Source: Epithemia pelagica (Eukaryota; Protista; Bacillariophyta). From it: 64,000 bases of DNA. The DNA lies in assembly GCA_946965045.2 (NCBI GenBank), contig OX337232.1, positions 3,038,001 to 3,102,000 on the forward strand. Direction: 5' to 3'. Position 1 is the first letter of the stretch; each line of letters opens with the position of its first letter. This document shows, piece by piece, positions 29,899-41,707 of the stretch. Both the position numbers and the translations under genes were made by a program. Under the pieces are notes generated by a model. It was not told the origin of the DNA. It saw only the letters and a program-made list of their open reading frames with translations, and did not search any database.

Positions 29899-30555
29899 AT
29901 CATATTTCAACTGGCGCATTGGAAACGCCCGGCTTGAATCGTTGCTGAATCTTTTCTGACGGGGTAAACCCTCAAAGGAAAAACAAAAGCAGACACACGA
30001 GCAAGAACGCATTGGTTATCAACGTCCCTCCAATCGAAAGAGGTAGACAAACCGCATGTTATGTGGCTATTGTCTCGATCAACTTACTTTTTGAGCCCCT
30101 ATTCCCTCTCAAGGCAATGCTTGAGGGAACAAATCCTACACGTGCCGACAGAACCGGTGGATCCTGATAACTTGGTGCTCAATCTGATGGAACGAAGACG
30201 ATATGTACTCCCATGCACTCTCCATGTCATGGATTGGGTTGCCGGAGCGCGTGATGTTTGTCTATTCTCCATGAGTGACGCACAAGCTAGCAAGTGAATG
30301 AGTGATGTATCAATCGATAGCCGTTCAACATTGGGGTGTCATCTACATCAAACAAAGTTCTACCTATTGGATGCTCGTGACCTAGCTATCACTTGGTTCT
30401 AGGGAAACACCTTCTCATGGCAACAGTTGGATACCCTCGAGAGGACGCATACGTCATGGTATAACATAGCAGACTATTAAAACAATGAGTCATTTTGTCT
30501 ATTGTAGTTGTTGCCTAGACTCTCAGAGATTTTCGCATTGGCGGTGGAAGAAGCA

Positions 30556-31731
30556 TCATAGTTGGCTCTTGGCCCAACCAGGAAGGTTGTCCGCGTCGGC
30601 AAGCCACCTCGTTTCTTCTTCGGTATTCACGCGTGCCTTGAGGCTGTTTCGATGAGGATATCGACCAAATCGATCAATGACTTTTCTATGTTCCAGTTCA
30701 AAGGTTTGTTGCTGATCCCACCAAACCGACAAGGACGGAGGAGACTGTTTCACGGCAAGGTCCAAGATTCTCAAGGCATTTTCATGATCTTGCACGTCTT
30801 CCGCATGCATCAATGCCATCATCAACACGGCCAGGTAAGGAGGATAGATGGTACCTGTTATAGCCGTTTCCAGAGTCTCCTCTTGTTGTTTGGAGAATAT
30901 CAGGTGGGACAATTGTCGAGCATAGCGCAAGGCGGCTTCATCGTAAGCAAAGGCTTCTGTCGTGCCTCGAAAGGCATTTCTCGATATTTGATCGCAGAGA
31001 ATCATTTGCGCCACCAATCCATCCACTGTTTGGGTCCAGTCGTCGTCAGGACCGTTTCCTCCTGGCCATGCTCGTCCTTGTTGTGGAGCGAGGCGTCGTA
31101 CCATGGAGGCAAACTGCTCGAAACAAACCGCATCATAGTCTCTTCCACCGGCAAACCACAAGGGAGGCATTTTCATCAAGGCACCGCCATGGACTAGATT
31201 GTCTTGGATATCCTGTTCATTGTGGTAATCCACACCGAAAAAGAAGGAGAGGACGGATTGAGGTGTCCGTCTGTCCTTGTACAGAGCACGTTGAATAAAG
31301 GGTTGCGCCATTAGATGGTCCAGAGTCCAAAACGAGTTCCGACAGTCGGAACTGGAAATAGAAGAATCGCCTCTTGCAGCAGGAGACTCGTAGTGTTTGG
31401 TAATGGAGGATGTTGGACTGAGCGATAGATGATCACTAATGTCTACTTCAAAACCAGAATGGCAAACCAATACGTCCACATCCACATCCACATCCACGTC
31501 CAGTTTCGACTCTTCAGCTGTGGTGCCGTAATAGGTCGTGGTTTCACAAGGAGATGCGATTGTCGAGACGTGCTGCCCATTGCTTGTCTCTCCCTCTCCT
31601 CCTGTCATGGAGAGAAGGATGGATGCTGTGGTCCGAACTGTCATGTTGACATTCATGGTCTTCCTCTCGATCACCTCTGACAGAAAATGGGAAGAGATGC
31701 CCCATGACAGGCCGAACGGATTCCACTCCAC
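30556..31731 (-). CDS. DUF924 family protein (start uncertain)
   Basis: LWFAGG..YD..C.EQF, ILCDQISRNAFRGT..AF..D..AL, HAED, EHRKVIDRFGRYPHRN. Confidence 0.9.
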   Translation of the reverse strand: MEWNPFGLSWGISSHFLSEVIERKTMNVNMTVRTTASILLSMTGGEGETSNGQHVSTIASPCETTTYYGTTAEESKLDVDVDVDVDVLVCHSGFEVDISDHLSLSPTSSITKHYESPAARGDSSISSSDCRNSFWTLDHLMAQPFIQRALYKDRRTPQSVLSFFFGVDYHNEQDIQDNLVHGGALMKMPPLWFAGGRDYDAVCFEQFASMVRRLAPQQGRAWPGGNGPDDDWTQTVDGLVAQMILCDQISRNAFRGTTEAFAYDEAALRYARQLSHLIFSKQQEETLETAITGTIYPPYLAVLMMALMHAEDVQDHENALRILDLAVKQSPPSLSVWWDQQQTFELEHRKVIDRFGRYPHRNSLKARVNTEEETRWLADADNLPGWAKSQL

Positions 31732-31744
31732 AGGACAGAAAGTG

Positions 31745-31874
31745 TCTCGATCTATTCATGTTTTCTGCATCACATCGGATGTCAAACGTTGATCTCGTCA
31801 TACAATTACTCTCGATCTATTCATGTTTTCTGCATCACATCGGATGTCAAACGTTGATCTCGTCATACAATTAC
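31745..31874. repeat. perfect 65-bp tandem duplication upstream of the DUF924 gene
   Basis: 31745-31809 is identical to 31810-31874. Confidence 0.92.
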
Positions 31875-32971
31875 TTGTTTTGTTGCAGTCGCTCGTGTCG
31901 CCGAGATTAGTTGCGAGTTGCGAGTTGCGAGGTCTGGAAACCACAGAACCTCGCATAGCACGCTCAACTAGCTAGAGGGGCGAGGTTCGCATTGCGGCTC
32001 ACCGAGTTGAAGCGGCGAGAGACTCGATTTAACAAAATTCGCGACCCCTTCCATCCGTGAATGGCCGGGTCGGCGTATCCTCATTCATTTGGTATGGCCC
32101 TAATTCGTGACTCAACCCGGTCGGCGCGAGAGGGATGGATTGGACTTTTTACGGCGGAACCCCGCATGTCGTTTTGTCGGAAAAAGAACCAGTGTGTTCT
32201 ACGTGTTGCATCGCGGTATCTAGTCCGGGAAGCTATGTGCATTGTCGTGATCTTGCCGTCCATGCGAGAAAAAGCATCTCCCGCCAATAGGTAGGGCCGC
32301 CACTATGCCTACCTTAGATAGGCCTCATACAAGATTGGGGGAATGCGGTGACCATAGACCATTGACCATCTCAATCTCAGCTCTCCGCTCTACCTGAATT
32401 TTAGCCGGAAAACCGCAACGATCACAGGACTATGAGAGACATCAGACTCTCAGTGACACCTTCAATCGCATCGATTATTCCATGCTTGCATCATCATCCT
32501 TCTACTCGACTGACTATCCATATAGGTAGCTACGTTGAATGTTCGCATCCACCGATATCGTCTATTCGTGGCATCTCTTCGTGCGTGTGAACAAACGCCG
32601 GGTGTCGCTTCTAATCCAATGTCGAAAATCGTTCATACAAGAAACAGAACCACCTTCCTACATACCTACCTAGTGCATTACGTGGGTGTGCCTCCTTGTC
32701 TGTTGCCGTCCATTCGTGGCATGATCCAGAGCAAACGCCGGGTATCCCTTTTCGAGAAAGGGTTCCAGCCAAAAGAACAAAACCATCGTGGCCATCCCTT
32801 CTCGTGCGTATGAGCAATCGTCGGATACGCGAACCGCTCATGCAATCGTCGGATGAGCGAACCGCTCATGCAGCCCGAGAAATAAATTCGTATCCGTCCA
32901 TTCACTTCTGCTTCTTTTCTGTTACTCGTTCATACCGGCGTATCGTGCACGGATTCACCGGACCCCTTGGT

Positions 32972-34669
32972 CTATGCTGGTTTCTGACTCGGGGGGTCCA
33001 GTGGTTGCTGTTGTTGTTCTTGTTGTTGTCGAAGGGTTTGTTCTTGGGCATGCTGTTCTCGCAATTTCTCCTTGCCGGCCTGTTTGACGACGGCTTTGGT
33101 CACCAATGCAGGCGAGGCCAAACCGGCGACTTGTGCCGTCATGCGTGTCACGTTGGTGGTGGTCCGACTGACATTGGCAAAGACATGGGCGGCGGTTGGA
33201 CCAAATTGATGTTGAATGAGATCGGTCGTGACGGACGCCGAGTGATCGAGCAAGACTTGGGTGTTGTGGAACATGGCTTCGCCTATGACGGCCACCGCAC
33301 CCAAACTCGCCAGAGACACCGTGGCCACGGCATCCAAGTAGGCCCAGTGTTGGTGGTTGGCGTGTACATGTTCCGTTGCCCAGGCGCGGCTGGACTGAGC
33401 CGCTTGAAGAAACTTTTCCCCCGAGGCTTCCTTGAATTGTTGCACATAGGTTTGTGTTGTTTCACGGGCGGCGTCCGTCGCGTGTCGCGCAGTGCGACTG
33501 TAGGATGTGTAGGCCTCCTTGACAATGCCATCCTTGGTCTTTTTGCTGCTGACACTCTTGTTGGCACTACCCTGAGACGTGGCTGTCACAATGGTGGTTG
33601 TCGTCACTGCCGACGGAGCTTCGCTCGAGACGGAGGACCACGAGGAAGCTTCCGACATGGTTTCCTCTGCTTCTTCGTTGTGAACCAACTCAAAACCTTC
33701 TTGTTCGAGAGATTCTTCGTCGTCGGCGTCGTTTCCTTGTTGGTATTTTGGAGAGCCCAGTTGGGACTTGATCCATTCGCATCCTCGGCCCATGCCCCGA
33801 CAAACGAGTTGAGTCGATTGACTCAGCCCCAATTCGACCGTGACGGCCGCCATTCCCACGGCATGGGCCAACTGGTCCGCCGTCGCGTGCGCCCGTCGCC
33901 GTTCCTCTTCTTCTTGCTTCAAACATGCCAGCGTCAAGGCCCGCAATTCCCAACACCACACATCCCACGAATCCGGTCCAGTGTGGTCTGTGGAGGTGGT
34001 TTCATCGTTTGTATCGAATGGTGTATTTGAATCATCTCCCAAGACAAAATGCCACAATAACACAGGATCGATACTTGTGGAGTTTGTTGCACGTTCGGAA
34101 CCAGTGCCGGGTTCTCTCGTTTGTTGTTGTTCTCGTTGTTCACGAAAGGTACAAATTACATGCAGGACGGCCAATCGTTGACTAATGCCAAAGGGGGTGG
34201 GAGCACGGGTGACACCATGCGCCAAGAACTGCGCCAAACCCGCCAAGGCCTCATCCTGCTCTGCGGGACTACCGCAAATGACCTGGGCGGCATGTTCCAA
34301 CACGGGTCGCGCAATTCCCATGGTATACAAACATTCCAACACCTGCAACAACGACCGTCCATCCTCCTCATGATCCTGTTTGCCCGTAATGAGGGGCTCC
34401 AGTACATCCTGGCAAAACTCGTTCCAGGCTTCTTGTTGGCGTTTGTGGACATAGCGCGTCACGAGATTGTCAGACGTGGCGTCGTTCCATACTGTCCTCC
34501 AGGGTGGCTGGTGGTTGTTGCTGTTCACAGATTGAGTGGTGCGCCGTTTGGAACGGCGACGGCGCTGGTGCATCGTAATCGTCTTTCTGTCATTGTTCCC
34601 TGCCGTTTCCTCATTCTTCTTCTTAGTATCCTTGGTCGAATCCTGCTGTACTGGTTGTGTTGCGGCCAT
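32972..34669 (-). CDS. senescence/spartin-domain protein (565 aa)
   Basis: C-terminal LDAVATVSLASLGAVAVIGEAM...SASVTTDLIQHQFGPTAAHV resembles the spartin senescence domain (...TVQTVRYKYG..AGEA). Confidence 0.6.
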   Translation of the reverse strand: MAATQPVQQDSTKDTKKKNEETAGNNDRKTITMHQRRRRSKRRTTQSVNSNNHQPPWRTVWNDATSDNLVTRYVHKRQQEAWNEFCQDVLEPLITGKQDHEEDGRSLLQVLECLYTMGIARPVLEHAAQVICGSPAEQDEALAGLAQFLAHGVTRAPTPFGISQRLAVLHVICTFREQREQQQTREPGTGSERATNSTSIDPVLLWHFVLGDDSNTPFDTNDETTSTDHTGPDSWDVWCWELRALTLACLKQEEEERRRAHATADQLAHAVGMAAVTVELGLSQSTQLVCRGMGRGCEWIKSQLGSPKYQQGNDADDEESLEQEGFELVHNEEAEETMSEASSWSSVSSEAPSAVTTTTIVTATSQGSANKSVSSKKTKDGIVKEAYTSYSRTARHATDAARETTQTYVQQFKEASGEKFLQAAQSSRAWATEHVHANHQHWAYLDAVATVSLASLGAVAVIGEAMFHNTQVLLDHSASVTTDLIQHQFGPTAAHVFANVSRTTTNVTRMTAQVAGLASPALVTKAVVKQAGKEKLREQHAQEQTLRQQQEQQQQPLDPPSQKPA

Positions 34670-35185
34670 TCGAGGAATGCAATGTCCCCAGAAAAAGTCT
34701 TAACGTTGCGTTTGGTTTGTTGATTGTGTTGGAAACTCTCCTCTCCTAGAGTTATAGAAGCGCTACCGTGTGGCCGCAACAAACGTCGTGTATAAGAGGT
34801 GTGAGAGCAAGAGGAAAGAAACAAGAATGACTAACGGAATTGGAGTGTGTTCGCTGATTGCTTTGCCACACAAGTTTTGTTGCGTAGAAAAAGCAAGAGA
34901 GATGAGCTGATCCGCACCAAAAAAAGAGGGCAATGGCGAAGAAAAGAAGCCGCGGAGCGAAGGTACATGACTGGAATCTGAGTATGAAATAATGTGTACT
35001 GCGCCGGCCCGACTCACGAAAAATGTTCCAAGGCGGACTGGCACTGGCGGCGCGCACGGTGGCGCACCTTGCTGCTCTGTGTTTCGTCATGCTTTGCGCT
35101 TTGCGCACTAACCTGCAAGTAACATGGCATTGGACAACGTCATTGTTCCAGAAGAATATAACTCCCTCCAAAGTACTAGTATAAT

Positions 35186-38100
35186 TTACAAAAAGAAAAT
35201 CCGTGTACGCGTTTGATTGATTTGAATGACCCGGAGCGCCTCGTACTCTTCCAAACAGGTTTGAAATTGCTGCGCCGTAAAGCCTTTTCGCAACACCATG
35301 GCTTCGGCCGTCCGCAAATCCATGCCATCCCCCTGAGAAATGGCCGAGGTGGTCGCTGCCAGATATTCACGCAAAACATGAAAGATGCGGGAGGTGACAT
35401 CTTCGCGAAAGGAGGGCTGTTGTCCAGTCGTCGACGATGAGTCTTCCAAACTCGCCTTGCTTTGGTGCGTCAATCGAATGGCCTCGTCGACATCTTGACG
35501 GGCCACGAGATCGGAAAACCGCAACCGCGCCAAGGCTTGACTCAATCGCAAAATGGACAGCAACTGTCGCGCCGTCATGGCGGTTTGATCATTGCCCTTG
35601 CTGCTGCGCTTTCCCTGTTTGCCGTCTTGGAGACGGAGGGAGACATAGGCCTCGACAATGTAGGGTGCCACATCGGGAGGCACCACTGGTTGGTGACGAC
35701 GCGCGCGGCAAATGTATTCTCGAAGAACTTGGGGAGAGACGGGGCCATTCTCCGTGTCGTCTCCCTCCGCGTTGGCTGGAGTAGGATTTATATCTTCCAT
35801 GGAATCGTCATCCGAGTTGTCCTCGGTATCTTGCGTATTGCTACTGACCAGATTGGCCTTTTCGAGGCCTTCATTTTGGTGGACCAACGTGACGTGTCGG
35901 GCCAGTGCCATGTCGCGATCGACATTGGCCACATCTAGAATGAGAAACATGAGATCAAATCGACTGAGCAACGAGTTGGGCAGGGCGACATTTTCCGACA
36001 AGGATTTGTTGCGATTGTATCGACTGTAGAGCGGGTTGGCCGCCGCCAAGACGGCCGCCCGTGCATTGAGGGTGGCCACAATGCCCGCCTTGGCAATCGA
36101 TACTTGCTGCTGTTCCATGACTTCGTGAATGGCCGTCCGGTCGGCTTCGTCCATCTTGTCGCTGGACGAGATGCGCACAAGGCAGAACGTGGAAAACAAA
36201 AAGGGTGAGTCAAGAGAGTGTCAGTGTCGTCATCACGATCCACTGGTTCAGTTCGGAACGTACAATTCGTCAATGCAACAAATGCCGCGATCGGCCAGGA
36301 CCAAGGCTCCTCCTTCCAGGGCCATTTCTCCCGTGACCATATCCTTGGTGACGGCCGCCGTCAATCCTACGCCGGACGATCCTTTTCCCGTCGTATAGAC
36401 ACCGCGGGGCGCAATACTGGCGACATGTTTGAGCAATTGCGATTTGGCCACTCCGGGATCGCCCATGAGACAGACATTCAAATCGCCCCGAATCCGCATG
36501 CCATCGGGTAAGGTGCGAGTGACGCCGCCCACCAATTGCAACAAGAGGGCGCGTTTCACATCTTCGTGGCCAAAAATTTCGGGCGCAATGCTCCGGGACA
36601 AGCGTCCGACGGGATCCTCGCTTTGGGCCACGTGTTCCACCTGCTCTTGCACTTTGGTCCGTTCGGCCGTGGACAAGTGGGAATCGAGGGGATCTTCGTC
36701 GTACGACTTTTTGTGCACGACAATATGTTGCGCATGCAAATAAGTCATGGACACGAGGCCAGCCTTGAGCGCCTTGAATCCCGATTCGGCCAAGCGTTGG
36801 GGCAAAAAAATGCCATCCATGGTCACGACATCACCCGGAGCCGCTTGTCGCGTCAATTCGCCGCGACAATGAACCGTCAAGGACCGCGGCACATGGCCCA
36901 TGGGCACTTGATGCGGCACTTCTTGCAATTTCAATTCTTGAAATTTGGTAAATTTGCTCCCCCGAGTTTGCAATTGCAAGGTATTGCTGGCACCGCGCTG
37001 TTGACAGGCGGCGCTGGGACACGACTTTGGCGGTAAAAATTCGCGTTGGTAGGGTGTGGGTTGATAAATTTCGGCGCCACAGGCGTGGCAGGAATAGGTG
37101 GCCACCAAGGTGCAGGGTTTCACATCCGACGCTCGCACAATCATGCCCTGCAAGGTCACGAGACGCCCCATGGCGGGTGACCGCACTTGACGCAACGACA
37201 CGGCCGGCGGGCAAGTAGCGTCTTGCTGCTTGGTGCGATGCACTTGCTGATCAAAGGGTGGCAAATTGCCGGACCGTCCCAAGGGCAAAATGCGCAATTC
37301 GTAGCGTCGCAAGAGGAGAGGCGGAAAGTCTTGAGTCGCATTCGTCGTGGCATTGCGGGCATTCGTCGTCGTCGTTGGTTCGTCGTCGGCCGATGGATCC
37401 GTGGTTCCGGCGGCATAGTGATTGTGTGCATTGGCCGCTTGCGCCGCGTGTCGTTCCTGTTGGACCGCCTGTTGACGGGCCACGCGATGTTGGTGCAAGA
37501 GTTCGACACTGTCGGGCGGGCCATCGACCTGTTGCGTCGTGTCGGTGGTGGTGGTGCGGGTCAAGGTTTCCAAGACGGCATCCACGGCTTGGGAAAAAAC
37601 TTCTTCGTAGCGGAGCGTATTGTCACTGGCCCGTTGAGCCAAGTCGGGTTCGCCAAAGTCCACCAATTCCTGCAAGGGCACTTGAATGACAAACATGCGT
37701 TGCGTGGCCGTGTAATAGTCGCGATTGACAATGCGTTGCAAATGCTGCGCATAGGCCGGAATGCGACGCCGCCGGTGCGATTGCATGTACTCGTCTTCGT
37801 CGACGGGTTCATAGTCCAGTTCGTCATCCTCGTCACTATCGTTGTCATTCGTGGAGTGGGACCGCTCGGCAATGACAATGGTGTGTTCGCGCAAAAAGCG
37901 TTCAAACAATTCTAAACAAAACCAAACATGGACACGCAACACATCGCCATTGAAACAGAACCAAACGCAAATCACAAGAGAGTAGCAATCGAAACAGTGT
38001 GAGTGGAACAATAATTTGTGGTTTGGCAAAGTAGTGGCCCATCTCTATTAGATATGCCAACGAACCTTGTTCCTTGTCGTAATTGACCAAGGTGATCCCT

Positions 38101-38219
38101 GCACCGCCAGAATCGTCAGCGGCATTGGTAGTTGCTCCGGATTGGGACGCCTGCTGCTGCGATTGCGATTGCGAATAGACATTGCGGACCGTACTGTCTT
38201 GCGATTGGGACGACGACAT
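35186..38219 (-). CDS. MCM7: DNA replication licensing factor MCM7; exons 38219-38066, 37911-36264, 36161-35186
   Basis: APEIFGHEDVKRALLLQLVGG, GDPGVAKSQLL, IDEFDK restored across a GT-AG intron (36263-36162), LLSRFDL, VPMGHVPRS, TARQLLSILRLSQALARLR. Confidence 0.97.
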
Positions 38220-39216
38220 GATATCGGAATCGTTGTGTGGTTCTTGTTGTTGTTCCGCTCGTCGTTGGAGAGAGAAGGATCTCGATCAATCGCCGATCTA
38301 GTGGAAGAGTTTGTCCAGTCCGTAGTAGTAGTGGGGATAAGATGGTGTGTGTAGCAGGATGGGTACGACTCTCGTCTTGTTGTCGTTTGCGATTCTACTC
38401 GAGACACTGTCGTTTTCGAGGGTTCATTCGTCCATGGTCCACATTATTTGGATGATGGTGTGTGATTGCCCGCCATGGAGGGAATCGAAAGATCGGCATG
38501 CGCGCCAGTCAGGGCGCGCCAAAACTACTATAATACTTTTCAGTACACGGGTCAGGATGGACGCCCGACGAGCTGCCCATTTAGGGCACCGCACACAAAA
38601 TGAGAACCAAGAGCGTAGCAGAGAGGACGAGGTACAGCCGTAACTACCTTGCGACCAAGATCGTCTAAAAGACTAGCATGAAAACACCAACATTGGAGGT
38701 GATAGTCTAGAGTATACGATAGTTTCGACAGTCGAAAAGAACGAATGATCAGTTCCAACGACTTCGTCTCATTCTGGAACGTTGCCAATTTTTCCAACAC
38801 GGCACGTCTCATGGGATCCGCACCAACGGTGATCCTCGTCGGACCCCCCAAAAATAGTGGCGAATTTGTGACACGGACACGCCACTGGAGTCATGCAGCA
38901 GCAGCAGCAGCAGCATGGAGAGGGTGCGCATCACGGGTAAAACTACGGCAGTGCGGGAGAGGTTCTTAATATTGTGAGCCGACCCAATCATCCGACCCCT
39001 CGGAACCAACCGTCCATCTGTGTGTGACCATACACTACTAGACACGACAATTGATGTGCACATTTGGTTTCCGAGTTGGGAGACCGGTGTGTGCACGCAG
39101 AACCTCGCTCAATTGGACCATATCCAGTGAATCATTGGTCCGCTGTGGTCGTCCTGATTTGTGCGTATTCTATGCTCCTGATAGATCGAGAAAAAGGAAC
39201 TCATGGACAAGCCCGT

Positions 39217-41244
39217 TTACGTCGTGTCGTTGTCCTTTTGGGAGTTCGGTGCCAGTGTCGATAGAGGTTTCTCCACGCTCATTTCGGTGGCCAATGCCGA
39301 CTGAAACAATTCTTCTTCGGACGGCGGAAGCTGTGCCGCCAATTGTTCAAACAGTATATCTTCCCGAATCCGCCATTGCGCATCGGCTTGCTGCTGTTGC
39401 GTTTGGTGGCTGTCCACCTCCTTGTCCTCCAGTGGTGGTGGTTTCTTGTTCTTGGCGTGTTTGGAACCTCGTGGGTGGTGGTCGATCGTACCACCACCCG
39501 TCATGGCCTCCAATTCCAGTTCCACCCGATCTTCAAAGCCGGGTCCAAAATACAATTGCGTGCTGACCATGGCTTGCTTAGGCTGTTGTTGGTTGTCGCG
39601 AGGATTGCGACTCGGAAACAGGGGAATGGGTTTGACATGGGGATGTTCCATGGCGCGCGCAATATCCTCGGCCGTTAATTGTCTGGGTGGTAGTGGTTCG
39701 TCGTCTTGGTTGGTGGGACGAGCTTTTGGTACTGGTGGCGTCGTTTGGTCCTTTGGTGTACCAGCAGCACCACTACTATTGCTACGAGAAGGACGTGGAT
39801 CATCTCGAATGGCAATGGCCTGTTCGACAATGCGACCCAAAAAATCATGCGCCAAAAAGGCCAAGGCTCCCGTGGTTTCCGAATTGGGTGGCAAGAGAGT
39901 CGCCGTCTCTGTCGCGGCACCCTCTGTGGTACTAGCACTATTACCTCCAGTGGGATCAAATCCGAGCCAATGCAAAAATCGCACTTCTTCCCAGGCCATG
40001 TGGGACCAAACCCCTTGTCGGCGTGCCCCACTTTGTTTTTGGTGTTGCTTGTCGTGCTGCTGTTGTTGAGCCCATTCCGTGGCCTTGGCATCTCGTCGTT
40101 GGTTGGGCAAAAAGGATCCTTGATGCCGGACGGCCGAAAATTCCAAATATCCCTCGCGTTTCATGTGCAAGGTGCGAACATCAAAGGCGTGCGCCCGTTC
40201 CTGCAAATGACCACCCACGACCACGACGGGATCCTCCTGTCTGTCGGTTTGGGATTGTGTTTGTGGCTGCGTTTCGTCGTCTCGTTGTGGATCGGCTTCT
40301 TCCTTCATTTGATTCCATCGAATAAAGGCATTCATTTCTTGGGGAAAGAGAGGAATGAGATCGGCCATGGCAAATCCACAGGGTGGATTGGAATGTCGAA
40401 CATCTTTTTGTTGGACGCGATACAAGTCGGCCGTGGACAAGGTCGAATATTCTCCACCGCCCTTTTTGTCTACCACCGACTTGGCTTGTTGGTACACGGC
40501 TTGTGTGGTCCGTCGTTGATGACGGGCATCTTGAATGGCCACCAACATACTGCGACGCGTACCGAGTAGGGTGGCTTGGACGGCGGCGGGATCCGGACAA
40601 GGACCATCGCCAAAAACCACCATCATTTTGGCACCTTGACGTCCCAGTGGAATGGTTTCGTACAAGGACAGATCCAAGGCACGACTGGTCGTCGTCGGTT
40701 TGGTGTCGGATGAGGATGGGGGCGTCTTGCGTTTGCGACCACTGCGGCGTGAGACAGCCTCGGACTGTGTTGTTGTGGTTGATCTTGCCGGATTGATCGT
40801 TGTAGTAGTAGTTGTTGTTGTTGCGTTTTGTTTCTGGGGAGTGCCATCCTCGTCGTCGTCGTCATCGTAGTTTTGAAAATCGTACTGCACTCGAATGCCC
40901 TGGGTCGGTTCAGTGGTTGTGGTACTATTATGACGCGTATTGGGAGCCTTGTGGTGGGTGGACAATCGGGTTGGTTGGGTGGCAGTCGTTGCGGCAGGAG
41001 GGACGGCTGTGGTGGTTTTCGGGGGTGCCTTGGACGACGACGACGAACCGGCAACGAGCAATTGAGTGACCGCGTCTTCGACTTGTTCCTTGGAAGCTCT
41101 CCCCGAGGCACAATCGGTCACCAAACGATAGACTTGATCCAAATCAAGTAGCGCTGCTCCTCCAGGAGGACCAACCGGTGGTGGCTGCTGGGGAGGAGAA
41201 GAGGAGGAACCCGTCGTTCCTGTCCTTCTTTTGGGGGTCGTCAT
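39217..41244 (-). CDS. SPT3: SAGA complex subunit SPT3-like histone-fold protein
   Basis: MMVVFGD..P, DVRTLHMKREGYLEFSAVRHQGSF, FLHWLG and LAFLAHDFLGRIVEQAI match the two SPT3 histone folds. Confidence 0.8.
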   Translation of the reverse strand: MTTPKRRTGTTGSSSSPPQQPPPVGPPGGAALLDLDQVYRLVTDCASGRASKEQVEDAVTQLLVAGSSSSSKAPPKTTTAVPPAATTATQPTRLSTHHKAPNTRHNSTTTTEPTQGIRVQYDFQNYDDDDDEDGTPQKQNATTTTTTTTINPARSTTTTQSEAVSRRSGRKRKTPPSSSDTKPTTTSRALDLSLYETIPLGRQGAKMMVVFGDGPCPDPAAVQATLLGTRRSMLVAIQDARHQRRTTQAVYQQAKSVVDKKGGGEYSTLSTADLYRVQQKDVRHSNPPCGFAMADLIPLFPQEMNAFIRWNQMKEEADPQRDDETQPQTQSQTDRQEDPVVVVGGHLQERAHAFDVRTLHMKREGYLEFSAVRHQGSFLPNQRRDAKATEWAQQQQHDKQHQKQSGARRQGVWSHMAWEEVRFLHWLGFDPTGGNSASTTEGAATETATLLPPNSETTGALAFLAHDFLGRIVEQAIAIRDDPRPSRSNSSGAAGTPKDQTTPPVPKARPTNQDDEPLPPRQLTAEDIARAMEHPHVKPIPLFPSRNPRDNQQQPKQAMVSTQLYFGPGFEDRVELELEAMTGGGTIDHHPRGSKHAKNKKPPPLEDKEVDSHQTQQQQADAQWRIREDILFEQLAAQLPPSEEELFQSALATEMSVEKPLSTLAPNSQKDNDTT

Positions 41245-41707
41245 GGTGGGATGGGCGCGTGAAGAATTTGCAGACCGATGCAGTCGCGGTTCTAAAACGC
41301 GGTGCGAGCCGACGACTGCAAGACGCTGCCTCAAAAGCTACCCCGTCCAAAATCGGTACACATAGCCCAACTTATTCCTTCGTTGTGACTTTTTCATCAT
41401 CTCTAGTCATGTGTGCAACATGGCATGGATCGGACGATCCTTGTTGTTTGACATGCTTGATGTCTACGTACAAGTGAGTTGGAGACAAGCAAACAAGCCA
41501 TTTTTCAGATCCAAAGGAATAGCTATCTATAGCTTTACAAGAAATGCAAAATTCATACTGGACAAGCCAAAAAAAGAGAGAGAAACAAACAGGAACAATT
41601 TGTTCTCATAGAATAGAAGGATGCGAGGCTGCTTGACAGGGAAACGACGATTTCCAGGTCTTTGCAGCGAAAAAGAGAGAAAGAGAAACGGAAGGACTCA
41701 CAAAACC

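Noticed and set aside
32696-34030. 444-aa plus-strand ORF
   Set aside because: Antisense to the senescence-domain gene, with low-information composition.
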